Assembly: GCA_965208575.1 (NCBI GenBank)
Contig: CBDBOV010000005.1
Coordinates: 544,001 to 608,000, forward strand
Direction: 5' to 3'
Length of the DNA stretch: 64,000 nt
Source of the DNA: Spirochaetia bacterium
GTDB lineage: Bacteria; Spirochaetota; Spirochaetia; SZUA-6; Bin103
Shown here in pieces: positions 10,242 through 20,696 of this stretch. Below the pieces are notes generated by a model. It made no database searches, had not been told where the DNA came from, and saw nothing but the letters and a program-made list of their open reading frames with translations. The translations under genes were made by a program, and so were the position numbers. Position 1 is the first letter of the stretch. The number at the start of each line of letters is the position of its first letter.

Positions 10242-11003
10242 CTATCCCAGCCGCTCGGCCGCGTCCCGCCGGGCACGCTCGGCATACAGCTTGCGCACCG
10301 AATCTCCCTCCAGGTTGATGCGGTGGGCGCCATGCACGATGCGGTCACAGATCGCATCGCCGATGGTGGGCTCGCCGATCACCTCATGCCAGGACGATAC
10401 CGGCAACTGCGAGACCATCAGGGTCGAGGCGCGACCGTGGCGGTCTTCGAGCATCTCCAGCAGGGCCAGCCGCGCCAGTCCGTCCAGTGGCTCCAGCGCG
10501 AAGTCGTCGATTATGACCAGCGCCTGCTTGCTGATCTTCTCCAGCTCCCGGACGTAGCTGCCGTCAGCCTTCGCCAGGCGCAGTTCCCCGAACAGCCGGG
10601 AGGACGCATGATAGCCGACCCGGAACCCGCGCAGACACGCTTGGTGGCCCAGCGCGGAGGCCAGGAAGCTCTTCCCGGAGCCGCACTTGCCGGTGATGAT
10701 CAGGTCCTGGTGGTGCTGCACCCAGCGGCAGTCGGCCAGCCGCAGCAGTTGGTTCTGATCCAGGTTGCGGCGCAGCGAGAAGTCTACCTCCTCGATGGCG
10801 GCCGGGTAGCGAAAGCGGGCCGCCTTCAGCAACCGCTGCAGACGCCGCTCATGGCGGTCGTCCCACTCGGCATCCACCAGGCGGGCCAGCAACTCGTCGG
10901 TCGTACACTGCGCCTGGCTGTCGAGGCTGGTGCGCAATGCCCGCGCCATGCCGTGCAGGCGCATCCGGTCGAGCTTGTCGAGGGTGGCTTGGTTATTGGT
11001 CAT
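10242..11003 (-). CDS. istB: IS21 helper AAA+ ATPase
   Basis: GKCGSGKS, LVIIDDF, SQLPVSSWH, DAICDRIVH, GDSVRK; GAGGAG SD before the ATG at 11003. Confidence 0.95.
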   Translation of the reverse strand: MTNNQATLDKLDRMRLHGMARALRTSLDSQAQCTTDELLARLVDAEWDDRHERRLQRLLKAARFRYPAAIEEVDFSLRRNLDQNQLLRLADCRWVQHHQDLIITGKCGSGKSFLASALGHQACLRGFRVGYHASSRLFGELRLAKADGSYVRELEKISKQALVIIDDFALEPLDGLARLALLEMLEDRHGRASTLMVSQLPVSSWHEVIGEPTIGDAICDRIVHGAHRINLEGDSVRKLYAERARRDAAERLG

Positions 11004-11016
11004 CGTCGGGGTCTCC

Positions 11017-12496
11017 TCAGTTGTAGTAGTCGCTGCCGCGGACGTTGTCATGACTGGGGAAGCTCAGCGACTGCTGCTGTTGCTCCTCCTCCAGGCCCAG
11101 CTTCAGCATGTTCTGAATGCGGCGGTAGGAGCACAGCCCGTAGCGCAGCGCGCGCCCACAGGCGCGATCAAGCCGCGCGGCGCCGTAGCTCTTCTCCAGG
11201 TTCAGGATGCCGAGGCAGGAACGGAACCCCTGCGGCGGGTACTTGGCGTCCTTCAGCACCTGCTCGATCACCGCCTCGACGTTGGCGCCGTGCGCCCGCC
11301 CCCAGCGCAAGAACCGTTCCGGGGTCCACTCGGCATACCATCGGTGCTGCGGCGGCATGTGGTCGGGCAGCGTGGTGTAGCGACCCGGACGGCGGTCACG
11401 CTGGTACTCGGCGATGCGCACGTTGTCGTAGTAGATCGACACGGTACGCTCGTCGCAGCTCGACGTGATAGTTGAACCCGACCGTCGCTTCCCGGATCTG
11501 CTGCAGCGGGAAGTGGTGGCGAGGCAACGGCGCCAGGACCGGCTGTTCGATCTGCTCGAACAGCTCGCGCCGACAGTAGGGCAGGCGCTGGAAGCGGCGC
11601 TCGTTGTGCTCCTCCAGGAGCGGTCTGATCGCCGCGTTCAATTCCTCCAGGGAGTGGAAGGTACGATCCCGCAACGGCGCGTAGATGCGTTGATACGCCA
11701 ACCGTACCGCGTTCTCGACCAGAGCCTTGTCGCGCGCCTGCCGGACGCGGGCGGGCATGATGACCACCCTGTAGTGTTCGGCGAACGCGTCGAACTGCGG
11801 GTTGATGCCCGGCTGGTAGGGGTCCGACCGACTGACCGCGCTGCGCAGGTTGTCCGGGATGATCGCCTGCGGGCAGCCGCCGCAGTAGCGTAAAGCCCGC
11901 TCGTTGGAGCGGATCCAGTCGGCGCTTTGCTGCGTGGCGCTGGCCTCCACGTAGGTCAGCTCGCTGGCCCCGAGGATCGCCACGAACGTTTCCACCGGCT
12001 GCTCCTTGCCGCCCTCCCGGTCCACGATCGCCAGCCGGTCGCCGGCATAGTCGACGAACAGCTTCTCGCCGGCCTTGTGGTCGATGTGCATGCCCACCTC
12101 GGCGCTCTGCCGCCAGCGGTGGAAGTGGTAGCAGAACTGGCTGTTCTGATAGCCGTCCGGGTGGTCGCGCAGGTACTCCTCCCAGAGCAACTGCAGCGTC
12201 ACTCCCTTGCGCCGCAACTCCTTGACCATCGTCGGAAAGCGCTCGGCCAGCCGCTCATAGCGCGCGTTCGTCCGCGGCTCTCGATGGCCCTCCAACACGC
12301 TCACCAACTTGCTGTCGGGCAGCTCCTGTGCCTGCTCCCAGGTCAGTCCGCTGCCGTGGAACCACTCCAGGTACTTGGCCACCGCGGTTCGCGACACCTG
12401 CAGCGCGCGGCCAATCGCCCTCGCGCTCAGATCCGTGGTCACCCCGTAGCGGATGACCTCTTTGATTTTCTCCACGCTGATCCTCCTGCGTGCCAT
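11017..12496 (-). pseudogene. istA: IS21 transposase with internal deletion/frameshift near 11455
   Basis: N-terminal HTH, VDYAG, PDNLRS, DKALVE. After FNYHVEL the usual YYSVP segment is missing and the C-terminus (DERTVSIYY..HMPPQH..RSCLGIL) continues in another frame. Confidence 0.88.
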
Positions 12497-13786
12497 GCCT
12501 CTCCCTCCTGTGCGGATCGGGAGAGCGTATTGCAGGATCGGACCAGATCCTGTCCGGGCGGCAGCCTCAGATTGGCTCTTTTCCCCCGGACGGGTGGCAT
12601 TTTATTTCCGGACGGGTGGCTTCCTTAAAACGGATCAGTGGCTCTTTTGCACCGGATTATGCACAGGAAGATCCCTACCGTTTCCTGGTGTGCGCGGACA
12701 AGTTCCAGACCGGCTACGACGAGCCGTTGCTGCACACCATGTATGTGGACAAGACGCTGTCAGGAATCAAGGCGGTGCAGACCCTGTCGCGCCTGAATCG
12801 GGCGCACCCCAAGAAGCACGACGTGTTCGTGCTCGACTTTCTGAACGACGCCGACACCATCCGCGAGGCGTTCGCGGACTTCTACCGGGCGACGATCCTG
12901 GCCGACGAGACCGATCCCAACAAGCTGCACGACTTGCAGGCCGACCTTGACCTGGCTCAGGTCTACTCCGAGGAGCAGGTAGAGGAACTGGTGCGGCGCT
13001 ACCTCGGCGGTGCCGAGCGCGACCAGCTCGATCCGATCCTGGATGCCTGCGTGGCGGTGTACCTGCGCGAGCTGGACGAGGACGGCCAGGTGGAGTTCAA
13101 GGGCAATGCCAAGGCGTTCATCCGCACCTACGGCTTTCTCTCCGCGGTGCTGCCGTACCGCAACGCCGGCTGGGAGAAGCGCTCGGTCTTCCTCAACCTC
13201 CTGGTGCCGAAGCTGCCGGCGCCGGTGGAGCCGGACCTCGCCAAGGGGATCCTGGACGCTATCGACCTGGACAGCTACCGGGTGGAGAAGCAGGCGATGC
13301 AGAAGATCCTGCTGCCGGACGAGGACGCCGAGATCGGCCCGGTGCCCACCTCGGCCGGCGGCTCCCGCCCGGAACCGGAGCTGGACCGGCTCTCCGTCAT
13401 CCTGCGCACCTTCAACGAGCACTTCGGCGACATCCAGTGGGAGGACGCCGACCGAGTGCGGCAACTCATCATCGAAACCATCCCGTCCCGCGTCGCCGCC
13501 GACACCGCGTTCCGCAACGCGCGCCGGAACTCCGACCGCCAGAACGCCCGTATCGAGCACGATCAGGCGCTGCTGCGAGTGATGACTTCCGTGATGCGCG
13601 ACGACACCGAGTTGTTCAAAGCAATTCATGGACAACGACAGCTTCAAGCGCTGGCTCACCGACACCGTGTTCTCCCTCGCCTACGACCCGGCAGGCCCGG
13701 CCTGAATCGCCGTAGCGGCGCGCCAGACGATGCCCAGCCGTTTCGGTGCGCGAATTCTCACGGCATCCATCGCGGAGATGGCTAAA

Positions 13787-15763
13787 CCGAAGTTCCAGAG
13801 CGGGAATCTTGTTAATTCGTTATTGATCTGAAAATTGCGCTCAACAGCCGATGTCCGTTACTGGCTACACTTGGGCGCTGACCTCCAGGAGATCGAAACA
13901 GCGCTGCTGCAGCGCGGTCGGTTCGCTGTGCATGGTGAACGTGGCGCCGCTATCCACTATCCGCACGCGGTTGGCCGTCAGCGTCCCCAACTCGCTCATC
14001 AGGCTGCGAAAGCTGTGCACCGGCAGACCGTCGTCGGTACGCTTGCTCGCCGCCTTCCGGTGTGCGGCCGGTGAGCGTTCCGCCGGTTGCACCACCGACT
14101 CGCGCAGCGCCTCGCCGGCGGCGCGGTCGTGGTCGTCGAACAGCACCGGCGCCAGCTTGCTGCGCATGTGCCACTCCACGTAGTAGGCCAGCATGCACAG
14201 GAACACGTGCGCCCGCACCCGGTCAGCACTGCGGTGATAGATCGGTCGCACCTTCAGATCCACCGTTTTCATGCTGCGGAAGGCGCGCTCCACCTTGGCC
14301 AGATCCTTGTACGCCGTCACCGTCTGCTCGGCGTCGAACAGCTCCGGCTCCACGTTGGAGCGCACGATGTAGAGCCCGTCCAGTTCTTCCTCGGCCGCGA
14401 TCTTGTCCAGGTCACGCACGAACGAGAACGAGTCGTCGGTGATGGTGGTGGTGAAATGCTTGCCCACCTTGTAGTGGTTGATCACCTTGCCCACCCGCAG
14501 GCCGATCGCGGCGGCGCCGCGCAGCGGCTTTTTGGCGCGCTGCGTGGCCGTCACGATCGGCGTCAGTTCCTCCTCCGTGGAGGCCAGCAACTTCTGCCTC
14601 TTGCGCTGCCGTTGCTCGGCCAGGATCGGGTTGCGGCACACGATCAGCCGCTCGCCGGGGAACTCGGGTGAGCTGATCTCCGCCAGGTCACGCTCGTCGA
14701 ACATGGTCTGCGCCACTTCGCCGGCCTCGATCAGCTTGCGGATGGTGGGCGCCCGCAGGGTCGTGATCCAGCGCAGGCCGTCGATCCCCTGCAGGTCCTC
14801 GCGGATGCGCGCGCCGGTGAGCATGCCGCGGTCGCCGACCAGCACGACGCGCTGCAAGCCGAAACGGTTGCGAATCTTGTCGACCTGAGCGGCGACCGTC
14901 TTGGGGTCACTGGTGGAGCCCTCGAATACCTCGACGGCGATGGGACAGCCGTCTGCGGTACACAGCAGGCCGAACACGATCTGCAAGGTGCCGCGTTTGC
15001 CGTCGCGGCTGTGACCACGGCGCGCCAACGGGCAGGTGTGGCCATGGAAGTAACTGGAAGTCAGGTCGTACAACATGAGCGTGTTGTCATGCAGATGGCG
15101 CTTGGCCAAGCGCTGCTCGATGCCGTGCTGGCGAGCGAGCAGCCAATCCATGGCGGCATACAGCTCATTCTCGTCGACGGCTCCCAACTGCAGCAGGTGG
15201 CCGAGGGAGGAGACGGCGCTTTCGGGGTTCAGGCCGCGAGCGGTGGCGAGTTTGGAGCGAGCGTCGACGACGCGAGCGACGATCATGGCGACGACCAGGT
15301 CGCGTTCACGGGAGGCGGGACGAGCGACGAGGGAATGGAGGGAGAGCTTGCGGAGGGAACCGAGGACGGCGGCGACGTGGCCGTGGGGATAGCTGCGCAA
15401 GATGGAGAGCAGTTCGTTGGGAGAGCGCAGAGCGATACCGCCGTTGAGGAGGACGCGCAAACCCTCGACGAGGTGATCGGGCCACTTGGAGAGGTTGGCG
15501 ATGGTGCGTTTTTTGACCTTGCCGTGCTGGCGGAAGGACTCGCGGAGGAGGACGGCTGGGGGAGAGTTGCGGTTGGGGACGGTGTCGATGTACATGGGCA
15601 CCCTACGGAGGGAATGGTAGATCATTTAATAATTACATGTCAACCAGATGAGAGAAAATTAACGCTGAACCACAGGACTATTTACATGGACACGATTTAC
15701 ACCCATGAACACGCTAATTCCTGTAATAGGAAACAGTTACAAGAACGGCCTCTCAAACCTCGG
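13787..15763 (-). mobile_element. IS1634-family element, 1977 bp, 6-bp target duplication GCTAAA
   Basis: Ends CCGAAGTT...AACCTCGG; GCTAAA at 13781-13786 and 15764-15769. Confidence 0.9.
13865..15595 (-). CDS. IS1634-family DDE transposase (intact)
   Basis: MYIDTVPNRNSPPAVLLRES start, YDLTSSYF, GHSRD, VGDRGM, YKDLAKVERAFRSMK, RPIYH. Confidence 0.93.
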   Translation of the reverse strand: MYIDTVPNRNSPPAVLLRESFRQHGKVKKRTIANLSKWPDHLVEGLRVLLNGGIALRSPNELLSILRSYPHGHVAAVLGSLRKLSLHSLVARPASRERDLVVAMIVARVVDARSKLATARGLNPESAVSSLGHLLQLGAVDENELYAAMDWLLARQHGIEQRLAKRHLHDNTLMLYDLTSSYFHGHTCPLARRGHSRDGKRGTLQIVFGLLCTADGCPIAVEVFEGSTSDPKTVAAQVDKIRNRFGLQRVVLVGDRGMLTGARIREDLQGIDGLRWITTLRAPTIRKLIEAGEVAQTMFDERDLAEISSPEFPGERLIVCRNPILAEQRQRKRQKLLASTEEELTPIVTATQRAKKPLRGAAAIGLRVGKVINHYKVGKHFTTTITDDSFSFVRDLDKIAAEEELDGLYIVRSNVEPELFDAEQTVTAYKDLAKVERAFRSMKTVDLKVRPIYHRSADRVRAHVFLCMLAYYVEWHMRSKLAPVLFDDHDRAAGEALRESVVQPAERSPAAHRKAASKRTDDGLPVHSFRSLMSELGTLTANRVRIVDSGATFTMHSEPTALQQRCFDLLEVSAQV

Positions 15764-15814
15764 GCTAAAAGGCGATAACATGGTGTTTGATCGAGCCACG
15801 CGGAGGACGACCGG

Positions 15815-16027
15815 ATGAGACCGACCGAGATCATCTTTGAGGTTACCGAGGCTCCTGAAGGCGGATACGATGCCAGGGCGCTTGGGTACAGCATCTTTAC
15901 GCAGGGCGAAGACTGGAACGACCTGAAGGCCATGGCGAGAGACGCGGTGCTCTGCCACTTCGACGAAGCCAGCGCGCCGCGGGTGATCAGGTTGCATCTC
16001 GTCCGGGAGGAAGCTATCGCGGTATGA
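15815..16027 (+). CDS. Short HicB-like antitoxin
   Basis: IIFEVTEAPEGGYDARALGYSIFTQGE..L..MARDAV.CHF; GGAGG SD; ATGA overlap with the hicA-like stub. Confidence 0.8.
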   Translation: MRPTEIIFEVTEAPEGGYDARALGYSIFTQGEDWNDLKAMARDAVLCHFDEASAPRVIRLHLVREEAIAV

Positions 16028-16089
16028 AGCTGCCCCGCGACCTCTCCGGCAATGAGGTCGCCAGGCTGCTTGGAACGACCTTGGGGTGA
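16024..16089 (+). pseudogene. Truncated HicA-like toxin (21 codons)
   Basis: MKLPRDLSGNEVARLL is a HicA-type N-terminus, but the ORF stops before the catalytic GSH motif. Confidence 0.7.
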
Positions 16090-16144
16090 ACCGTTGGCTG
16101 CTTGGCGGTGCCGGAAGGTTGCGGATCGGGCTGGGTGTTACGCC

Positions 16145-16463
16145 TCAGCGGTGCAAACTGGCGACAGGAGCGACCGGCACTTCCTGTTCGATCAACCGGC
16201 CTCGCTCGCTGACCACGACGGAGACATCGTGCCTGCTTTGAAGGGTCATCCAGAGTTCAGGTCCGGTGGCGAAGTATCGCCCCAGGCGCAGGGGCCGTAT
16301 CCGCGGAAACGGCGCGGTCTCCGCGCAGGATTGCCGTAACGCGGTTTGCCGGCACGCGGATGGCGAGGGCGAGCTGGTTGGCGCTCATGCCTCGCGTCCT
16401 CAGTTCCTCTCTGAGCACTCTACCGATGTGTTCGTACTCCACTATCTCATTGTCCGGAGCCAA
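16145..16463 (-). pseudogene. HigA-family (Xre HTH) antitoxin with +1 frameshift
   Basis: HIGRVLREEL..GMSANQLALAIRVPANRVTAILRG.RAVSADTA; removing one base of the run at 16291-16294 restores ALRLGRYFATGPELWMTLQ to a stop at 16145. Confidence 0.8.
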
Positions 16464-16971
16464 CAGAGCGGAGGATGTCCTTCATCAGCAGGGCCAAGTG
16501 CAGTTCGTCGGTCGGTGAGGGTTCGAACTCCGGGATCAGGTGGCGGTAGAAGTCTCGGGCCTGCGGGGTTTCGGCGTGGACGAGCAGCCCGCGGCAGCCG
16601 ATCTCCCGGCCCACGGCGGCGGTGCGGGCGATCACGTCCTGCAGCAGCGCGGCGCCCAGGCCCCGGCGTTCGTGGTGGATGCTGACTCCCAGGCGAGCCA
16701 GCAGCGCAACCGGCTGGGGGTAACGCCCCGCCCCCTTGCGCAGGCGCGACGGCGCTGCCTCCACGGCGATGGCGGCCATGCACCAAGCGTAGTATGCGAC
16801 CACCTCGCTACTGTCTGTGGGAGTGGCCACCAGGACCTTGGTTGCTCCGGTGGCCGCTGACTGTCGCCCGTGGCGGCGCAGCCATAGCGTCTGCTCTCGG
16901 GAGCGACACTCGAAACCGTCTACTCCATGGTTGCCGGACAGCAGAGCCGGTGGCAGGTACCTGGTAGTCAC
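16447..16971 (-). CDS. GNAT acetyltransferase toxin (AtaT/TacT type)
   Basis: FEC..WL, VVAYYA, PQPVALLARLGV, RRGLGAALL, LLVHA..ARDFY. Confidence 0.9.
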   Translation of the reverse strand: MTTRYLPPALLSGNHGVDGFECRSREQTLWLRRHGRQSAATGATKVLVATPTDSSEVVAYYAWCMAAIAVEAAPSRLRKGAGRYPQPVALLARLGVSIHHERRGLGAALLQDVIARTAAVGREIGCRGLLVHAETPQARDFYRHLIPEFEPSPTDELHLALLMKDILRSVGSGQ

Positions 16972-17255
16972 TCCGCGACGAAAGGCGACAGCCGCTGCAT
17001 GAGTTCGCGGAGCCCGGGCAGGTCTCGCGGCGGGCGCGCGTTGATCGCCTCCCAGGCGGCGGCAGCCTCGGGAGACAGGACGAACTCGGTACGGTCCGCG
17101 AGCACTTGGCGGGCGGCGCTGGTGACGCTGCTCAGGACGAACGCGGTCACGGTGGTACCGGCGGCGGCCACGGCGCGGTCGATCAGCGCACGATCCTCAG
17201 GGGTGGCCCTGACTTCGATCCGCTGACTGCGGCGACGGTTCTGATCAACGTGCAT
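16968..17255 (-). CDS. DUF1778 RHH antitoxin (AtaR/TacA type)
   Basis: RSQRIEVRATPEDRALIDRAVA..TVTAFVL..ARQVLADRTEFVLS; GTGA overlap with the toxin. Confidence 0.9.
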   Translation of the reverse strand: MHVDQNRRRSQRIEVRATPEDRALIDRAVAAAGTTVTAFVLSSVTSAARQVLADRTEFVLSPEAAAAWEAINARPPRDLPGLRELMQRLSPFVAE

Positions 17256-17444
17256 TGTACGTCCAATGTACGGCAGATCGCGATCCGCCGGCAACCGGTC
17301 CCGACGAGCTGGAGCGGGTCGACCACGCTGCCGCCGAATCGGTCGCGGTAAACCACTACACCATCGCGGTTTGACCACCTCCGGTTGTGACCGGAACGTG
17401 CCACTTCGGGCGCCGGTCTTCCGGCGCATGACGCAGGGCCCGGT

Positions 17445-18146
17445 TCAACTCCAGCCGGAGAGGTAGGGGCCGGCTTGCTCGGCGCCATCGCGGAGGTGGG
17501 TGACGGCGGGCGGGATGGCCGCCCGGTCGATGCGGTAGATCACGTCGTTCGGCTGGAAGAGTTCGTTCAGCCGTGCCTCCAGGCCGGCCAGCACCGCCAC
17601 CAGGACGCGGTTGATGCCGGCGTGGGCGACGATCAGCGTGGTGCGCTCATCCAGCCGGCCCGACACCGACCGCGCGCGCTCCCGGATCTCCGCCAGCGAC
17701 TCGCCGCCCGCGTACCGGTAGCTGACGCGGTCCTCATCGCGCATGCGCCGCGCGCGCTCGCCCGGGAAACGTTCGTCCACCTCCTCACGGGTCAGCCCTT
17801 CCCACCGTCCGATGGCGATCTCGGCCAGTGCGGCGTCGACCTCGACCGGGATGCCGACCGCCTCGGCCACTACGTCCGCCGTGTGCCGCGCTCGTCCGAG
17901 GGGGCTGCACAGCAGCCGCGCGACGCCGCGTCCACGCATGGTCTCGGCGGCCGCCCGCGCCTGCGCCCGGCCGAGCGCGGTCAGCGGCGAGTCGAGGCGG
18001 CCCTGGTAGCGGCCCTGCGCGTTCCACTCGGTCTGCCCGTGGCGGGCCAGGAACAGCGGCCCGATCGCCACCGCATCCCGGCGCGGCGTTTGGTGCGGCA
18101 CTTTGCGGTATCGAGGCGATTCTCCGGCAAATGATTGATCCTGCAC
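17445..18146 (-). CDS. Histidine phosphatase (phosphoglycerate mutase family); start uncertain
   Basis: LARHGQTEWN, SPLGRA..TA, GGES, IVAHAG. Confidence 0.9.
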   Translation of the reverse strand: MQDQSFAGESPRYRKVPHQTPRRDAVAIGPLFLARHGQTEWNAQGRYQGRLDSPLTALGRAQARAAAETMRGRGVARLLCSPLGRARHTADVVAEAVGIPVEVDAALAEIAIGRWEGLTREEVDERFPGERARRMRDEDRVSYRYAGGESLAEIRERARSVSGRLDERTTLIVAHAGINRVLVAVLAGLEARLNELFQPNDVIYRIDRAAIPPAVTHLRDGAEQAGPYLSGWS

Positions 18147-18279
18147 GGCACAACAGTATCACCAAGGGATACGGATCCACACGTGCTTGAGATCGACCTG
18201 TCATAGGATTGCGCCGTAGGAGATCGCTCAGACAGTCGCTCCCGCTGATTCCAGTTCGGTGACCTCGTTCCGCCCTTTC

Positions 18280-18308
18280 TTGACAGGCGCTGTGCGGTCC
18301 CGCAGTGT
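18280..18308 (+). promoter_or_regulatory. Putative sigma70 promoter for the ABC transporter operon
   Basis: TTGACA-17-CAGTGT upstream of an AGGAGG SD and the ATG at 18366; the -10 match is weak. Confidence 0.4.
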
Positions 18309-18365
18309 GTTTGGACTATGGCGGTTCGCGAGGCGCGGCCCGCCGGCCAATCAGGAGGGAGTGGT

Positions 18366-19706
18366 ATGAAGAAGGTCGTTGCCGTTCTGGCATTGGCGGT
18401 GCTCGCGGCGGGTGTGTTTGCGGCGGGCACCGAAGAGGGGGCCGCCGACGTGCAGAAGGTGGTGTGGTGGACGTCGAGCCTGCAGACCGAGTACCGGCCG
18501 GCGATCCAGGAGCTGTTTCTGGACCCGCTGGCCGAGGCGCACCCCGAAGTCGAGCTTGAGCTGGTGTACATGGAGGACTACTACCGCACCACGCAGACCG
18601 CGATTCAGGCCGGCGCCGGACCGGACATCATTCAGCTTGGCGGGCCCGGCTACGCCCTGGAGTACTGGAGCGCCGGCCAGCTCTCCGACATGAGCGACCT
18701 GGCCGGCCACTACGGGTGGGAGAGCCGGCTGCTCGGCTGGGCGTACGAGTCCGGCACCAGCGCGGACGGCTCGCTGATTACCCTGCCGATGCACTACGAG
18801 ACGCTGCTCCTGTTCTACAACGAGACCCTGTTCGAGCAGTACGGCCTGCAGCCGCCGGCGAACCGCGCCGACGTGGAGCAGGTCTGCGGCGTCGCGGTCG
18901 ACGAGGGGCTGATCTGCTTTTCCCACTACGTGGCGCGCAACCGCTGGCAGTTCCCGGCCATGTGGGGCGGCTACGCCGGCCATGACCGGTTCTACGCTGC
19001 CAGCATCCAGGAGATGCGCTGGGACCACCCGCTGCTGGTGGAGGCGATGGAGTACTGGAACTCCCAGGTGCAGGCCGGCTGGTGGGGCGGCGACCTGGAA
19101 ACCTACTACAGCATGGGCTACGCGGACGCCAACAGCGCGCTGATGGAAGGCGACGCGCTGATGATGATCAACGGCACTTGGGTCACCGAGTCGCTGATCT
19201 CGATGGAGGCGGAGTCGGGTAACCACTGGAACTTCGTGCAAACGCCGCCCCTGCGCGACGGCGTGGAGCCGGTGTACGAACTCAGCATCGGCGAGAGCAT
19301 CGCCCTGAGCGCGTCGGCGAAGCATCGCGATGCCGCCGGCACCGTGCTGAACTTCCTGTTCGAGGACACCACGCGGGCGGCCAAGATCGCCGAATCGACC
19401 CGCTTTTCGAGTTGGTTTCCGCCGCTCCACTACAAGGAAGCGGACTTCGGCTCCGACATCGACCCGCGCATCACGAGGTGGATCTCCGAGTTCAGCCTGG
19501 AGACCGGGCGCGGCAAGACCGGGTACCCGGTGTGGGGCTACTGGCCGCCGCAATCCAAGACCTGGGCCGAGCAGGAGATCGTCAAGGTGCACAACGGCGA
19601 CATGACGGCGGCCGACTTCATGGCTGCCTTCCAGGAGGTATACGCGGCCGATTACGCCGAGGCGGGCATGCCGATTCCGCCGGCGCCGAACACCCGCAGT
19701 CCGTGA
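18366..19706 (+). CDS. Carbohydrate ABC transporter substrate-binding protein (family 1)
   Basis: Signal peptide MKKVVAVLALAVLAAGVFA, AGAGPDI, LFYNETLFEQYGL.PP, MMINGTW. Confidence 0.9.
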   Translation: MKKVVAVLALAVLAAGVFAAGTEEGAADVQKVVWWTSSLQTEYRPAIQELFLDPLAEAHPEVELELVYMEDYYRTTQTAIQAGAGPDIIQLGGPGYALEYWSAGQLSDMSDLAGHYGWESRLLGWAYESGTSADGSLITLPMHYETLLLFYNETLFEQYGLQPPANRADVEQVCGVAVDEGLICFSHYVARNRWQFPAMWGGYAGHDRFYAASIQEMRWDHPLLVEAMEYWNSQVQAGWWGGDLETYYSMGYADANSALMEGDALMMINGTWVTESLISMEAESGNHWNFVQTPPLRDGVEPVYELSIGESIALSASAKHRDAAGTVLNFLFEDTTRAAKIAESTRFSSWFPPLHYKEADFGSDIDPRITRWISEFSLETGRGKTGYPVWGYWPPQSKTWAEQEIVKVHNGDMTAADFMAAFQEVYAADYAEAGMPIPPAPNTRSP

Positions 19707-19775
19707 CCGACGCGCCATGCGCGGAACGCCGCGCGATGTGCGACTTGCGCGACGGCGTGAGGTAGGAGTGCGGCG

Positions 19776-20696
19776 ATGGGCGATGCCGTCGTCGTAGGGA
19801 CCGCCCCGGGACTGGCCCGGCCCCGGGGCCGCAGGAGTTCGTTGGCCGGGTGGACGTTTCTGCTCCCGGTTATCGCGCTGAACCTGGTCGTCATCATCGG
19901 GCCCGCCGTGGCCAGTATCTACTACTCGCTGACCGAGTGGTCGGGCCTGGGAGCGCCGGAGTTCGTCGGCCTCGGCAACTACGGCCAGTTGGCCCAGGAT
20001 CCGAACTTCCACAAGGCGTTCGTCAACAACGTGCAGTGGACGGTGATGAACCTGACGCTGCCGGTAGGGTTCGGGCTCGTCGGCGCGGCGCTGCTGTCGC
20101 GGGTGCGCCGCTTCTCGATGGTCTACCGGGTGGTGTTCTTCGTGCCCTACGTGATCGCCAGCGTGGTCAACGTCAACATCTGGCGGCAGATCTACCACCC
20201 GCTGAAAGGCGTCGGGCCCTACCTGGCCGAACTCGTGGGGCTGGAGTGGCTCAACATCAAGCCGCTCGGCGACCCGGACCTGGTGCTGTACGCTGTCTAC
20301 TTCACCAACTTCTGGCACTGGTGGGGCTTCCTGCTGGTGCTGTACCTGGCGGCCATGCAGTCGATCGACGCCGATCTGTATGACGCCGCCGCCGTGGAGG
20401 GCGCCAGCGGCAGCCAGCAGTTCCGCTACGTCACCATCCCCGGCATCCTGCCGACCCTGATGTACTCGCTCCTGCAGACCATCATCTGGTCGTTCCTGTC
20501 GTTCGACTACGTGTTCCTGATGACCGAGGGCGGCCCCGGCAACGCCTCGCTCCTGCTCGCCGTGTACGCGTACCAGAACGCGTTCGCCGACTTCCGGGTC
20601 GGCTACGCCGCCGCCATCGGCATGTCGCTCAGCTTCGTGGCCGCCCTGGTGACGCTGCTGTTCGTCGTACTGCGGCGCCGGGGGTGGGAGGTATGA
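19776..20696 (+). CDS. Carbohydrate ABC permease (MalF/UgpA type)
   Basis: EFVGLGNY; EAA loop LYDAAAVEGASGSQQFRYVTIP; MTEGGP. Confidence 0.93.
   Translation: MGDAVVVGTAPGLARPRGRRSSLAGWTFLLPVIALNLVVIIGPAVASIYYSLTEWSGLGAPEFVGLGNYGQLAQDPNFHKAFVNNVQWTVMNLTLPVGFGLVGAALLSRVRRFSMVYRVVFFVPYVIASVVNVNIWRQIYHPLKGVGPYLAELVGLEWLNIKPLGDPDLVLYAVYFTNFWHWWGFLLVLYLAAMQSIDADLYDAAAVEGASGSQQFRYVTIPGILPTLMYSLLQTIIWSFLSFDYVFLMTEGGPGNASLLLAVYAYQNAFADFRVGYAAAIGMSLSFVAALVTLLFVVLRRRGWEV

Larger units (their letters stand above)
8929..12663 (-). mobile_element. IS21-family element, 3735 bp, 5-bp target duplication CAGGA
   Basis: TG...CA ends; imperfect IRs TGCGTATTCCGGTGAAAAAAGCCAC and (revcomp) TGCATAATCCGGTGCAAAAGAGCCAC; reiterated subterminal repeats; CAGGA at 8924-8928 and 12664-12668. 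Confidence 0.95.
6959..13705 (+). pseudogene. hsdR: Type I restriction endonuclease subunit R, frameshifted and IS21-interrupted
   Basis: Motifs D..LFINGLP..ELK, HSAGSGKS, DEAH, FTATP, DKFQTGYD, QTLSRLNR. Frameshifts at ~7100 (+T), ~8620 (-1) and ~13619 (+A). ADRFQ/EDPYRFL is split by the IS at 8929..12663. Confidence 0.93.

Noticed and set aside
11396-11460. Programmed frameshift in istA
   Set aside because: No slippery sequence at the junction and a conserved segment is missing, which indicates a deletion.
12490-12663. N-terminus of the 431-aa ORF 12490..13785 as a new fusion protein
   Set aside because: It is read-through of the IS21 end into the hsdR 3' half; no support for expression.
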